Shown: one piece after another, positions 9,544-17,909 of the stretch | Layout of the letters: each line of letters opens with the position of its first letter | Numbering within the stretch: position 1 is the stretch's first letter | Assembly: GCA_050015455.1 (NCBI GenBank) | Contig: JBEKBJ010000017.1 | Location: 5,375-69,374, forward strand | DNA from: Candidatus Binatia bacterium | Lineage (GTDB): Bacteria > Desulfobacterota > Binatia > HRBIN30 | Direction of reading: 5' to 3' | Length of the DNA: 64,000 nt | Translations under genes and position numbers: made by a program | The notes under the pieces: model-generated | Told to the model about the DNA's origin: nothing | What the model saw: the letters and a program-made list of their open reading frames with translations, nothing else | The model's database searches: none

Positions 9544-11409
9544 ATGACACGTTCGCTCGCACTAGCTGGGTTGATCCTGATGCTGGCTGGCGCTGCACCT
9601 GCACGGGCGCGCCAGGTCGATGTGCCGCTACAGTACGACTTCGACTTCATCCGCCAGGCGCTGGTCGTGCAGGTCTACACCGGGCCAAACGGCAAGGCGG
9701 TGTTGTGGGATGACGGGACCGGTTGCGGATTTTTGAAGCTGTATGATCCCGAAGTGACCGGCAGCGCAGAGCGTATCCGCGTGGTCACCCGCGGCGAAGG
9801 CCGCGTCGGCACACCGATCGGCGATGAGTGCCTGGCTCCGGTGCAGTGGGACGGGTTCCTCGAAGTCTTCGAGCAGCCGCAGATCTCGGCCGATCAGCAC
9901 GTTTTGCAGTTCCGCGTGGTGGAATCGAACATCTACGACAAGGAATTCAAGAAGCCGCTGCTCACCGGAAAGATCTGGGATCTGGTGAAGCGATACGTGC
10001 AACCCAGCTTCGAGGCCGTGCGCATCGACCTGAAGCCGGCGATTCAAGACGTACGCGATCTCCTGCCGCTGATCGTGGCGCGTGGCGATCAGGCGCGCAT
10101 CGAACAAATGCTCGACTCCCTGCACCTGGCGGACGCTACGGTCACCGACAAGGGCGTGAAGGTCATGCTCGCCTTTGCGGTGAGCGCCGTTACGCCGGTC
10201 GCTGCGCCGACGCCGGAGCCGACGTTGACCCCGGAAGAGTTGCAGCGCTGGGAAGAGGCGTTGGACCACTGGGACGCGTTCTTTACTTTCGTAATCAAGC
10301 AGTTCGGCAACGACACCTCCGCCCAAGACCTGCGCCAGGCATTCTTCGACGTTCTGATGGACAGCCGCTACGACCTTCTGGAGGCGTTAGCGCCGCCGTA
10401 TCCCGGCGCTCCCGATCCGACGAAGCAACTATTCCTCAAGGCCTGGGAGCGGCTTGTACCCGTGGTCCGGCGCAGCGCCACGACACTGCCCGGCGCCACG
10501 GCGCTACGCTATCTGAGCTTCATCGCCGCGGGCGACGCGCTGGCAGCGTTGGACGAGATTGGCCCGGAGATCGGGGTTGAGATCTCGGCCGACGGTCTTC
10601 GCCGGCTGGCTCGCATCATCGCGCCGTTGAGCACGGAAGACTCGCTGTCGTACAGCACGGCGGTCGATGCAGAACTGCGTCAGTTGTTTGGTTTCGGTCC
10701 GCCCTTGCCACCACCAGACCTTTCCGCCGAACCGACTAACGCAGAAGGCAATCAGGCGTGGTGGCGCAATCTGCTTGTGGCCCGCATCGCCATTGCCGCC
10801 GTGGAGCCCCCGGCGGCGAAGACCCTGGAGCAGTGGCTAGCGCCGCAGGATGCCGATTCGATCGATGCCTATCTCAGAGCGGTGCGCGAAGCGCTCGACG
10901 AGATCATGCAAAAGTCGCTGGCCAGCGGCGGCCTCGACGGACAGTATCACCACCTCTACCGCCTGCTGGTGTTAGCTGCGGCGTGGCAGGAAAGCTGCTG
11001 GCGGCAGTTTGTCCGCGAGCGCGGCAAGATCACGTACATGCGGTCGGCGATCGGATCGATCGGCATGATGCAGGTGAACGAGCACGTGTGGCGTGGTTTC
11101 TACGACCTGCGCGGCCTGCGCTGGGACATCCGCTACAACTCCCGCGCCGGCGGCGACATCCTACTGCACTATCTGAAGGACTATGCCATTCCGCACAACC
11201 AACCTGGAGTCACCGACTTCCTGGCCCGGGCCACGTACGCGGTGTACAACGGCGGCCCCGGCCATCTGAAGCGGTTCCTCGACAAGAAGACGAAGAAATC
11301 GCTGCAGCGCATCGACGAGTTGTTCTGGGAGAAGTTCAAAGCCGTCACCGCGGGCAAGGAGGCCGGCCTGGCACGCTGTCTCGTCGGCGGCGCGGCAGTG
11401 GGGGACTGA
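9544..11409 (+). CDS. secreted protein with C-terminal SLT-type lytic transglycosylase domain
   Basis: 621-aa ORF. Signal peptide LALAGLILMLAGAAPARA. The C-terminal domain has the catalytic E-S (AAAWQESCWRQF), GMMQVN and AVYNGGPG motifs. Confidence 0.8.
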   Translation: MTRSLALAGLILMLAGAAPARARQVDVPLQYDFDFIRQALVVQVYTGPNGKAVLWDDGTGCGFLKLYDPEVTGSAERIRVVTRGEGRVGTPIGDECLAPVQWDGFLEVFEQPQISADQHVLQFRVVESNIYDKEFKKPLLTGKIWDLVKRYVQPSFEAVRIDLKPAIQDVRDLLPLIVARGDQARIEQMLDSLHLADATVTDKGVKVMLAFAVSAVTPVAAPTPEPTLTPEELQRWEEALDHWDAFFTFVIKQFGNDTSAQDLRQAFFDVLMDSRYDLLEALAPPYPGAPDPTKQLFLKAWERLVPVVRRSATTLPGATALRYLSFIAAGDALAALDEIGPEIGVEISADGLRRLARIIAPLSTEDSLSYSTAVDAELRQLFGFGPPLPPPDLSAEPTNAEGNQAWWRNLLVARIAIAAVEPPAAKTLEQWLAPQDADSIDAYLRAVREALDEIMQKSLASGGLDGQYHHLYRLLVLAAAWQESCWRQFVRERGKITYMRSAIGSIGMMQVNEHVWRGFYDLRGLRWDIRYNSRAGGDILLHYLKDYAIPHNQPGVTDFLARATYAVYNGGPGHLKRFLDKKTKKSLQRIDELFWEKFKAVTAGKEAGLARCLVGGAAVGD

Positions 11410-11410
11410 C

Positions 11411-11488
11411 CAGATCCAGGTGCTCTTCCACGATCCCGTTGAGCGCGTACTCGAACGAGCCGGGCACGATATCAAACGGTCCCCACAT
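11411..11488 (-). mobile_element. IS1182-like transposase N-terminal remnant (left copy)
   Basis: Manual translation gives MWGPFDIVPGSFEYALNGIVEEHLDL. It shares the IVPGSFEYALN segment and a 34-nt exact DNA match with the remnant at 14029-14142. No transposase body follows. Confidence 0.55.
11437..11470. repeat. 34-nt exact direct repeat, copy 1 (cgttgagcgcgtactcgaacgagccgggcacgat)
   Basis: Identical string at 14043-14076 in the same orientation. Weaker similarity extends about 14 nt further on the low-coordinate side (11423-11436 versus 14029-14042). Confidence 0.95.
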
Positions 11489-11534
11489 CAAGAAGCCTCC
11501 CCTCTTTCGACCCGCTCTCCTACTCCCATGACGA

Positions 11535-13079
11535 TTAGCGGAAAACCGGCGGCAGGAGCTGTAGATAGTCCTTGCCGGTTATGCCGCCAGCACACATAAA
11601 TGCAGAGTGCACAGCTCCCTCGATGCCGCCTTCGTTGATACGCTTCCCGTAGGTATCACCGGCAAAATACAATCCCTCAACAGTGGGGCATTTGACATCA
11701 ACCCACTCGTCCTCCGGATGTCTCCAAAGGATACATGTATCGCCAACCGTAAACAGCATCCATTCCAGCGATTCTCGCCAGCCCCGAAAGGCAGTATCCA
11801 CAAATTTCAACATGCGGTCGATAACTATATTCACTTTTTTCTTATCATGGGCTTCGCTATCCAGGATGCTGCTGGCCATACCCATCAGGTGCTTACCTTC
11901 AGGCGCGCTGGAAGGCGCAATAGCCGACATAGCCACGATATCCAGCGGTACGTTACCCCTGAAGAGCCCTTCGCTCTCGGGGATCAACATCGAGGTATGG
12001 TAGAAAGCCCTAGGATCCACCTTGAGCTCGCAGAACCCATTCAGCGGTTTAGTCATGCCTAACTGGCCGGCGACCATCGATGTATGAATTATGTTCTTAC
12101 TTAATCTGACAAAATCCGACGGCAGTAAATTCTCCGGGATAAGTCTCAACAAAACCTTGGGCGGTACCGTGCAGATTACCGTCGGAGATTCTATGTCCAC
12201 GGTTTTGCCGTCGATTTCAGCCACGACACCAGACACCCCGCCATTGCGAATGATAACCTCTTTAACCACGGCATTGGTAAGAATATCCCCTCCAGCGTCC
12301 TTGACCGCAGTAGCAAAACCCTCGGTAATGAATCGATGGCCGGGCGCCCCGGCGAAACCCCAGGAACCATTGGTTATATGCACCCCGGTCTCCTGGACTT
12401 GCAGAAATACCTTCAGGTTCTCTCCCGCAGAGTTCAACGCCGGGTCATTGATGATCGTCTGGAAAGTCCCCATGGCATAGTGGAATTCTTGAGCCAGTTC
12501 ACTTCGAGTTATTCCTTCTACCCAGTCCTTCAAGGTCACATGGTCCAATTTCTCAGCCTCAGCTATCGTGCGCACCTGGAACTTCCGTTTGTGAACCTTC
12601 ACCATCTCAGCGTAATCTTCATCGCTCATCCAACCATATTTGTTTCTTCTGCCGAGGATATGAGGCTTCCAGGCATGGTCATACCAGACAAAGCCTTGAT
12701 TGGGATAGAAAATCGAAGCCTTGTTAAACAGCGCCAGAGCTTGGCTTACACGCCCCCGGTTGGTAAACCAGGCACCCCGGCCTCCTGCTTCGAGGACATA
12801 TCCATCAAGCATTTTCTTTTTTATAAGAGTGGATAGATCCGGTTCCGTCCGATCGCTGACCCAGGAATGGGCAGATAGCGCCAGCGTTTTACGAAATTGG
12901 TCGGCATCGCGAATACCTTCACCGCGGAACGATGTCGCCCGCCCCCCAATCTGCGACGAAGCCTCCAGAATGAGAACTTTCCTATGATCCATGTTTGATA
13001 AGAGAGCGCCGGCAGCCGAACCGGCTATCCCGCAACCGACAATAATGACATCATAGTTGTCTGAAATTTCTGAGGTCAT
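11535..13079 (-). CDS. FAD-dependent oxidoreductase (phytoene-desaturase/amine-oxidase-like fold)
   Basis: 514-aa ORF with an N-terminal dinucleotide-binding motif YDVIIVGCGIAGSAAGALLS...ILEASSQIGGR. The DNA is visibly more AT-rich than its neighbours. Confidence 0.8.
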   Translation of the reverse strand: MTSEISDNYDVIIVGCGIAGSAAGALLSNMDHRKVLILEASSQIGGRATSFRGEGIRDADQFRKTLALSAHSWVSDRTEPDLSTLIKKKMLDGYVLEAGGRGAWFTNRGRVSQALALFNKASIFYPNQGFVWYDHAWKPHILGRRNKYGWMSDEDYAEMVKVHKRKFQVRTIAEAEKLDHVTLKDWVEGITRSELAQEFHYAMGTFQTIINDPALNSAGENLKVFLQVQETGVHITNGSWGFAGAPGHRFITEGFATAVKDAGGDILTNAVVKEVIIRNGGVSGVVAEIDGKTVDIESPTVICTVPPKVLLRLIPENLLPSDFVRLSKNIIHTSMVAGQLGMTKPLNGFCELKVDPRAFYHTSMLIPESEGLFRGNVPLDIVAMSAIAPSSAPEGKHLMGMASSILDSEAHDKKKVNIVIDRMLKFVDTAFRGWRESLEWMLFTVGDTCILWRHPEDEWVDVKCPTVEGLYFAGDTYGKRINEGGIEGAVHSAFMCAGGITGKDYLQLLPPVFR

Positions 13080-13196
13080 ATTTTCTCCATATTTGTGTGA
13101 CCGTCTTCGGACAAGTCAGAACAAGGCGTGACAAGCAATCCGTCGTGCTCGACGCGGGCGTCGTGGCGGGCTCGGCCTCATAGCAGCCGCTATTTC

Positions 13197-13457
13197 TTAG
13201 GCCGCGCCACGCTCATTGCTGACCTCGGCGCACTCGTACAAGGCCTCAGGGGCGATGTCCCCACCGTTCGGCCAAGCAATCGTCCAGCCATCGAGGAAAA
13301 ATCGCCGAAAGTACTTGAGGTCCTTCAGCGGCTCGAAAACGGGCCCCTTCAGCCACCGTCGAAAGTCGATCGTCTTTTCCGAGTTGTCATCGAAGGTCAC
13401 GTGAATCCGATAGCCGCCTCGGTATTCGGCCTTGATCACGCATGGAATCCCGTTCAT
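13197..13457 (-). CDS. DUF2442 domain protein
   Basis: ORF 13197-13511. The ATG at 13457 (MNGIPCVIKAEYRGGYRIHVTFDD...) is preceded by GAGAGGG. Typical DUF2442 pattern with the ending WPNGGDIAPEALYE. Confidence 0.75.
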   Translation of the reverse strand: MNGIPCVIKAEYRGGYRIHVTFDDNSEKTIDFRRWLKGPVFEPLKDLKYFRRFFLDGWTIAWPNGGDIAPEALYECAEVSNERGAA

Positions 13458-13467
13458 GACGCCCTCT

Positions 13468-13727
13468 CTACCGTAACGGCTCAATAGTTTCGAGCGGCTT
13501 GCCGCCTTCATGCGCTGCCAGTTCGCGCGGATGTCCGCCTCATGCTGTTTCGCCTACTGCCTGATAAGGCGCAGCGCTGTCTTGGAGCTGATGTTGCCTA
13601 CCACCATCCGACCGGTGAGATCGAACTTGCCTCGCTGGCCCTGGTACTCAGCGTGAAAGTGCACTGGTTCGTGGTCACTGTAGAACATCCGAATCACGAT
13701 TCCGAAGAAGATCGAGATCGCTGGCAT
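13468..13727 (-). pseudogene. DUF4160 family gene, disrupted (in-frame TAG plus frameshift)
   Basis: Manual translation from the ATG at 13727 gives MPAISIFFGIVIRMFYSDHEPVHFHAEYQGQRGKFDLTGRMVVGNISSKTALRLIRQ, then TAG (13556-13554), then AKQHEADIRANWQR. The family-typical C-terminus KPLETIEPLR-stop lies in another frame and ends at 13468. Confidence 0.65.
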
Positions 13728-14028
13728 ACTGCCATGCTACCCCAGATCGCCCAACAGGCCTAATGAGCTTGTAGAAAAACTCGGTGGCTATCCTCGGTGG
13801 ACACCCAAAACCGGCCAGTCGTCGACACCTGCGAACCGGCCAGTCGCAGGGCTTCACTTTGGGGTGAAAGCCCTGCGCTGGCCTCGATTTGCAGCTTTTG
13901 GCACCACTCGGCCGGATCGAAGGTGTCCATTGAGGGTGGCTATTTGCAAATGCTGCTGCCGTCATCGCTACGCCACCGGCCCGATTCCTACCACCGGGTC
14001 GGTCTGGGTCGGGACCGCCGAAGCCCGG

Positions 14029-14142
14029 CTGTTCTACGATCTCGTTGAGCGCGTACTCGAACGAGCCGGGCACGATCTGATCCGCATAGCTCAGCGGAAT
14101 CCACTTGTCCTGCTTCAGGTTGTACGGCTTGTACCGCGCCAT
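14029..14142 (-). mobile_element. IS1182-family transposase N-terminal remnant (right copy)
   Basis: The first 38 aa of ORF 13675-14142, MARYKPYNLKQDKWIPLSYADQIVPGSFEYALNEIVEQ, match the conserved N-terminus of IS1182-family transposases. The downstream part of the ORF is low-complexity and unrelated. Confidence 0.65.
14043..14076. repeat. 34-nt exact direct repeat, copy 2
   Basis: Identical to 11437-11470. Confidence 0.95.
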
Positions 14143-14341
14143 CCGCCGCTCCCAACCACATCAGCCGCCCGGGCATCGTGCGACACCCGCGAGACCTTGA
14201 TTTACCTGGGTGCGCGGACTTTTTCTACATCCTCAACGCTATGCCGATGAGCCGTCGCGGGCGAACCGGGGCGACGCGGCTGGTACGGGCCGCATCATGC
14301 CCGCGGGCCGATCGAGCGCCGGGTTCGGCGATCTATGCCGG

Positions 14342-14428
14342 TCACTTCGGATATCTTGTCGCATCCAGCGCCACAGCCAGAAACACAAGCGACACAGCAA
14401 CCAGAAGAATGGCGATCACGGTCTCCAT
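14342..14428 (-). CDS. possible 28-aa single-TM peptide
   Basis: METVIAILLVAVSLVFLAVALDATRYPK-stop. GAGGG lies about 9 nt upstream of the ATG. It starts 5 nt after the stop of the preceding small hydrophobic ORF. Confidence 0.25.
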   Translation of the reverse strand: METVIAILLVAVSLVFLAVALDATRYPK

Positions 14429-14432
14429 ATGG

Positions 14433-14603
14433 TCACAACCCTCGCAGGGCTTGGATCTGTCGTTCAATCCGGCGATGCAGTAGCGCGATGCCGGCAGTAA
14501 TGGCAAGCACAGCGAGACAACCCCCAACCAGAAGCTGAAGGGTCGTGCTGGTGGCATTGGAGATTAGCCACCCGAACAAGCTGATATCCGTGACTACCAT
14601 CAC
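14433..14603 (-). CDS. possible small two-TM membrane protein (about 55 aa)
   Basis: Manual translation gives (V)MVVTDISLFGWLISNATSTTLQLLVGGCLAVLAITAGIALLHRRIERQIQALRGL-stop. It is below the ORF-track length cutoff and has no clear RBS. Confidence 0.25.
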   Translation of the reverse strand: MMVVTDISLFGWLISNATSTTLQLLVGGCLAVLAITAGIALLHRRIERQIQALRGL

Positions 14604-14856
14604 GCCGAGCCAGAACTTGAGATACGCGATCTACTCCTTGGCGACATCCAGCTCCGACATGTCCGACTCCGGATGCGAGCATAGCACGAGTCGCACGAGA
14701 ATGCCGACCGGACGGTGGTACGGTGGTCACTGCAGCTCGTTTCTCTATTGCGAAGTCGCCGAACGTCATGCCGCTCAGGCGCGGCGCGCTTTTCGCCGCC
14801 GCCTGGAGCAGCGAGTTAGAGGGCTGCCCCAAACGGCACCGTTTCTCCTCATGATA

Positions 14857-15921
14857 CTACGACGCTGACAGATCCGCGGGACGAAGTGCTTGGAGAACTC
14901 GTTCCGAACGCGGGACCGTCTCGATTTGCTCATCCGGCTTTACCATTCTCCGTTCAAACAGCGCGAACGGCAACGGAAGGGCGCCCGTGAAACGTGGGTG
15001 CAGATAGAGCACAGGCTGGCACGGGCAGCTGAGCCCCACCTCCGGGTAGGCCAGCACACCGGCGCATACTGGTTCGCTGGCTCTTCCATTGATGAACTCG
15101 CCTCCCAGGCCGTCACCACCATCTCCGAAGAGGGCACGATCGAAATCGTGAAGCGTCGCACCGAAGCGCCCGTCGATTGCAACTATCCGCGGGTACGGCG
15201 AATCGCGAACTTGCCTCCGCTTGCGTTTCACGGCGCGCCGAATCCTGGAAATCGCGTCGCTCCAGTAGGCGAGCCACGGACCGCCAGCAATCGCTGGCTG
15301 ATCGGCGCTAGCTGCAAGCAGCTTGAGTCGGATCATGCCGCCGCCAAACGGCTCCTCGATATCGCGCCGGTCTCGCTCGTGTTGCGGTGGGGGGATCCTC
15401 ATGAGCTGTCGTACCAGCCGTTTGAACTCACGCTTTGACTGAGCGGGACCGATCTCAGGTAGCTCAGATATCCAGACACCCCACGCGACAGGCACCGCGT
15501 CGTGAACTATTTTCTCTAAGGGGTCGACGTGCTGCCGGCTCTTCTCGTAGGCCGACAGGAACTCCGGGGACGTTGCATCCACAATCAGCGCCCGATCAGC
15601 AAACCACGCAAGAAAATCGGGCCTGCGTCCAGACGCTGTCGTCTTCTCCCTTTCGAGCCTGGCCCCGACAGCTTGAAGTGTCCTTGCTACGATCAGCTCG
15701 AAGAAAGCTGTCTGCCATCTGCTCTCAAGGTCGCGGCAAACGGACGTGCGCCATTCAGCCGGGAGCTGAGCCAGATTAAACTTCAGAAATCGGCGTGCCT
15801 CACGGGCGCGCGGCGCTGTGGACCTTGCAAGCCAATCCAGAAGTCCTTCGCTTGGAGGCGAGGGCGTACTGTCAGGAATGGCCGGTTCCTGAAGCCAACG
15901 AAATGTGACCGTATCTGTCAT
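14857..15921 (-). CDS. hypothetical protein (no recognised family; weak PD-(D/E)xK-like stretch)
   Basis: 354-aa ORF with no competing long ORF of comparable quality. The segment FFELIVARTL...GRRPDFLAWFADRALIVDATSPEF loosely resembles a restriction-endonuclease-like core, but the canonical Lys is absent. Confidence 0.6.
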   Translation of the reverse strand: MTDTVTFRWLQEPAIPDSTPSPPSEGLLDWLARSTAPRAREARRFLKFNLAQLPAEWRTSVCRDLESRWQTAFFELIVARTLQAVGARLEREKTTASGRRPDFLAWFADRALIVDATSPEFLSAYEKSRQHVDPLEKIVHDAVPVAWGVWISELPEIGPAQSKREFKRLVRQLMRIPPPQHERDRRDIEEPFGGGMIRLKLLAASADQPAIAGGPWLAYWSDAISRIRRAVKRKRRQVRDSPYPRIVAIDGRFGATLHDFDRALFGDGGDGLGGEFINGRASEPVCAGVLAYPEVGLSCPCQPVLYLHPRFTGALPLPFALFERRMVKPDEQIETVPRSERVLQALRPADLSAS

Positions 15922-16312
15922 GCCTGCTGTGCTCGACGTGCCCTCTAACCTTAAAGGGTTCTTCCGTCACCCGGCCGCACGGACATCACGCGAGTGGAGC
16001 GGTCGCTCCACGGCCGGATGGCGAAAAGGCCCCGTTGAACTGAACCGCTGCCCATCACAGTTGGTGTCTAAAACCTATGGGGCTTGTATCGTATTTTACG
16101 GTTGTCGGGCAAGCGCGCTGTGGGCCTGTGGACGGATGAAGCGTGGCTCAAAAGGGCAGACAGCTTGGTGGTGCGGGCGTGTGGAGAGGCCGCCGCTGCG
16201 GGGAACCCTTCCCTATCGGTTCATGGGCAGGAGCCGCCGTCTTTCCGATCATCCCGGGTAGCGGCCCTCCCTTGGCCGCGTATCGAGGGACTGGCGGCGT
16301 CTCGAAGCCTGT

Positions 16313-16331
16313 CCTGAGCCGCGTCGAAGGG
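16313..16331. repeat. dispersed short motif copy A (cctgagccgcgtcgaaggg) followed by GC palindrome gggcgccc
   Basis: Near-identical boxes at 39781-39798 and 47829-47846. Upstream similarity cgaagcNtgt is shared with copy C. Confidence 0.5.
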
Positions 16332-16380
16332 GGCGCCCGCTGGATCGACCGTCTCGTCCGGAAGAGGGGAAGAAATGATT

Positions 16381-17757
16381 TCAGTCCGGCACGCGCTCGA
16401 CGGCGCGCTTGAACTCGCGGTGCCAGTTGGTCACAGTGCCGAACTGCTTCACGTAGGCGTCCAACCCGACGAGCGCGCGCGCCAGAAAGACGCGGTGGCC
16501 CGGCGCTTTGAATAGGCGGTTTTCAAAGCCGATGCTCGCCACCTGCATCGCGATCTCCACTGAGTTGAAGTCGCGCGGATTGAACGGGCGGTCCTTCAAC
16601 ACCGGGCCGAAAATCAGATACATGATGCGGACCAATGGCTCCGGGTTGTCACCACGATCGAGATACCCCAAGCGTACGAAGCACTCCGCCATCGTCGCCT
16701 CATCGCGCACCAGGATAGCCTTCGCCAAGCCGTGATAAGCCTTGCGGATGGCTTCCGGGAAGATCCGGATCGATCCGAAATCGAGGATCGCCAGCTTCGG
16801 ATGGTAGGTGACCAGGTAGTTGCCCGGATGCGGATCGGTGTGCAGCATGCCGAACTCGAAGATCTGGCGCCAGAGCACGCGGAAGTACTTGACCGCCACC
16901 CAGTCCTTGAGTGACTGGTCGACGCCGGGGCCGAGGATCTCTTTGAACGCATAGCCTTCCAGCAAGCTCATGGTGAGCACGCGCCGCGAAGAGAAATCGG
17001 GGTAGACATCGGGGATGAGCACCTCGTCGTCGTCGCGGAACATTTTCTGGAACAGCGCGATGTTCTTGGCCTCATTGACGTAGTCGATCTCTTCGTGCAG
17101 GCGCTCTTCGAGCTCGCGGTAGACGTCGGACTGATCGATCTTCTGCCGCATGACATCGCGGCCGATCATGGTGAATGTCTGCAGCAGGGCTTTGAGGTTC
17201 TGCAGGTCCTGGTTCACCGTTTCTTCCACGCCAGGGTATTGCACCTTCACCACAACTTCCTCGCCGCTCGGCAGCCGGGCTTTGTGCACCTGGCCAAGGG
17301 AAGCGGCGGCAAAGGCTTCCTCATCGAAGGACGCAAACAGCTCGTCCGGGGGCGCGCCGAGCTCACGGGTGATCTGCTTGCGGATGAGAGCATAGTCCAT
17401 CGGCGGCACCGACGACTGTACCACCGAGAGCACCTGCAGGGCCTCGGTGGGAAGAATGTCGTCCCGCATGGACAGCATCTGCACCAGCTTCATGAAGGCG
17501 CCGCGCAGCTCCTTCGAGCGCTCGACGGTCTTCATGGCGTTCTTGATATGCGTGTCGAGCAGCGCTTTTTCGCGACTACCGGCCGAACGGAAGGGCCAGC
17601 GCAGCGCTTGCCAGACGTAGCTGGACCCCACCGAGGTGGCGAGCTCGCCCACCTTCAGCACCCGCCGGGCACGGCCGCGGGTAATATTGCTGCGCGATTT
17701 CGAAGAGGTTGTCACCGGGTCCGATCTTAATCGGCTGAGCGCTGCTTGTCGACGCAC
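16381..17757 (-). CDS. ABC1/UbiB-family atypical kinase
   Basis: 458-aa ORF with AAASLGQVHKARLPSGEEVVVKVQYPGV, LHTDPHPGNYLV and ILDFG motifs. Confidence 0.88.
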   Translation of the reverse strand: MRRQAALSRLRSDPVTTSSKSRSNITRGRARRVLKVGELATSVGSSYVWQALRWPFRSAGSREKALLDTHIKNAMKTVERSKELRGAFMKLVQMLSMRDDILPTEALQVLSVVQSSVPPMDYALIRKQITRELGAPPDELFASFDEEAFAAASLGQVHKARLPSGEEVVVKVQYPGVEETVNQDLQNLKALLQTFTMIGRDVMRQKIDQSDVYRELEERLHEEIDYVNEAKNIALFQKMFRDDDEVLIPDVYPDFSSRRVLTMSLLEGYAFKEILGPGVDQSLKDWVAVKYFRVLWRQIFEFGMLHTDPHPGNYLVTYHPKLAILDFGSIRIFPEAIRKAYHGLAKAILVRDEATMAECFVRLGYLDRGDNPEPLVRIMYLIFGPVLKDRPFNPRDFNSVEIAMQVASIGFENRLFKAPGHRVFLARALVGLDAYVKQFGTVTNWHREFKRAVERVPD

Positions 17758-17909
17758 GAAGCGTCTTACCGCAGGAGACGGTGCCGAGCGGCTTGGGCGA
17801 AAGTGCTACTAGAAAGCCGGGGATGGCGAGCATCCCGGCTGAATGAACACTCCGGCCGCAACCAGCTCCTTGACACGGCTTTCGCGAGCTTCCAAAAGGG
17901 GAACGAGGA

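Noticed and set aside
13454-13556. Possibility that the TAG at 13554-13556 is recoded (read-through or pyrrolysine) to give a DUF4160-DUF2442 fusion protein
   Set aside because: - The conserved DUF4160 C-terminus (KPLETIEPLR-stop) is in a different frame, so a second lesion exists.
- The DUF2442 gene has its own ribosome-binding site and start.
- No pyl genes are seen.
- Decay is the simpler explanation.
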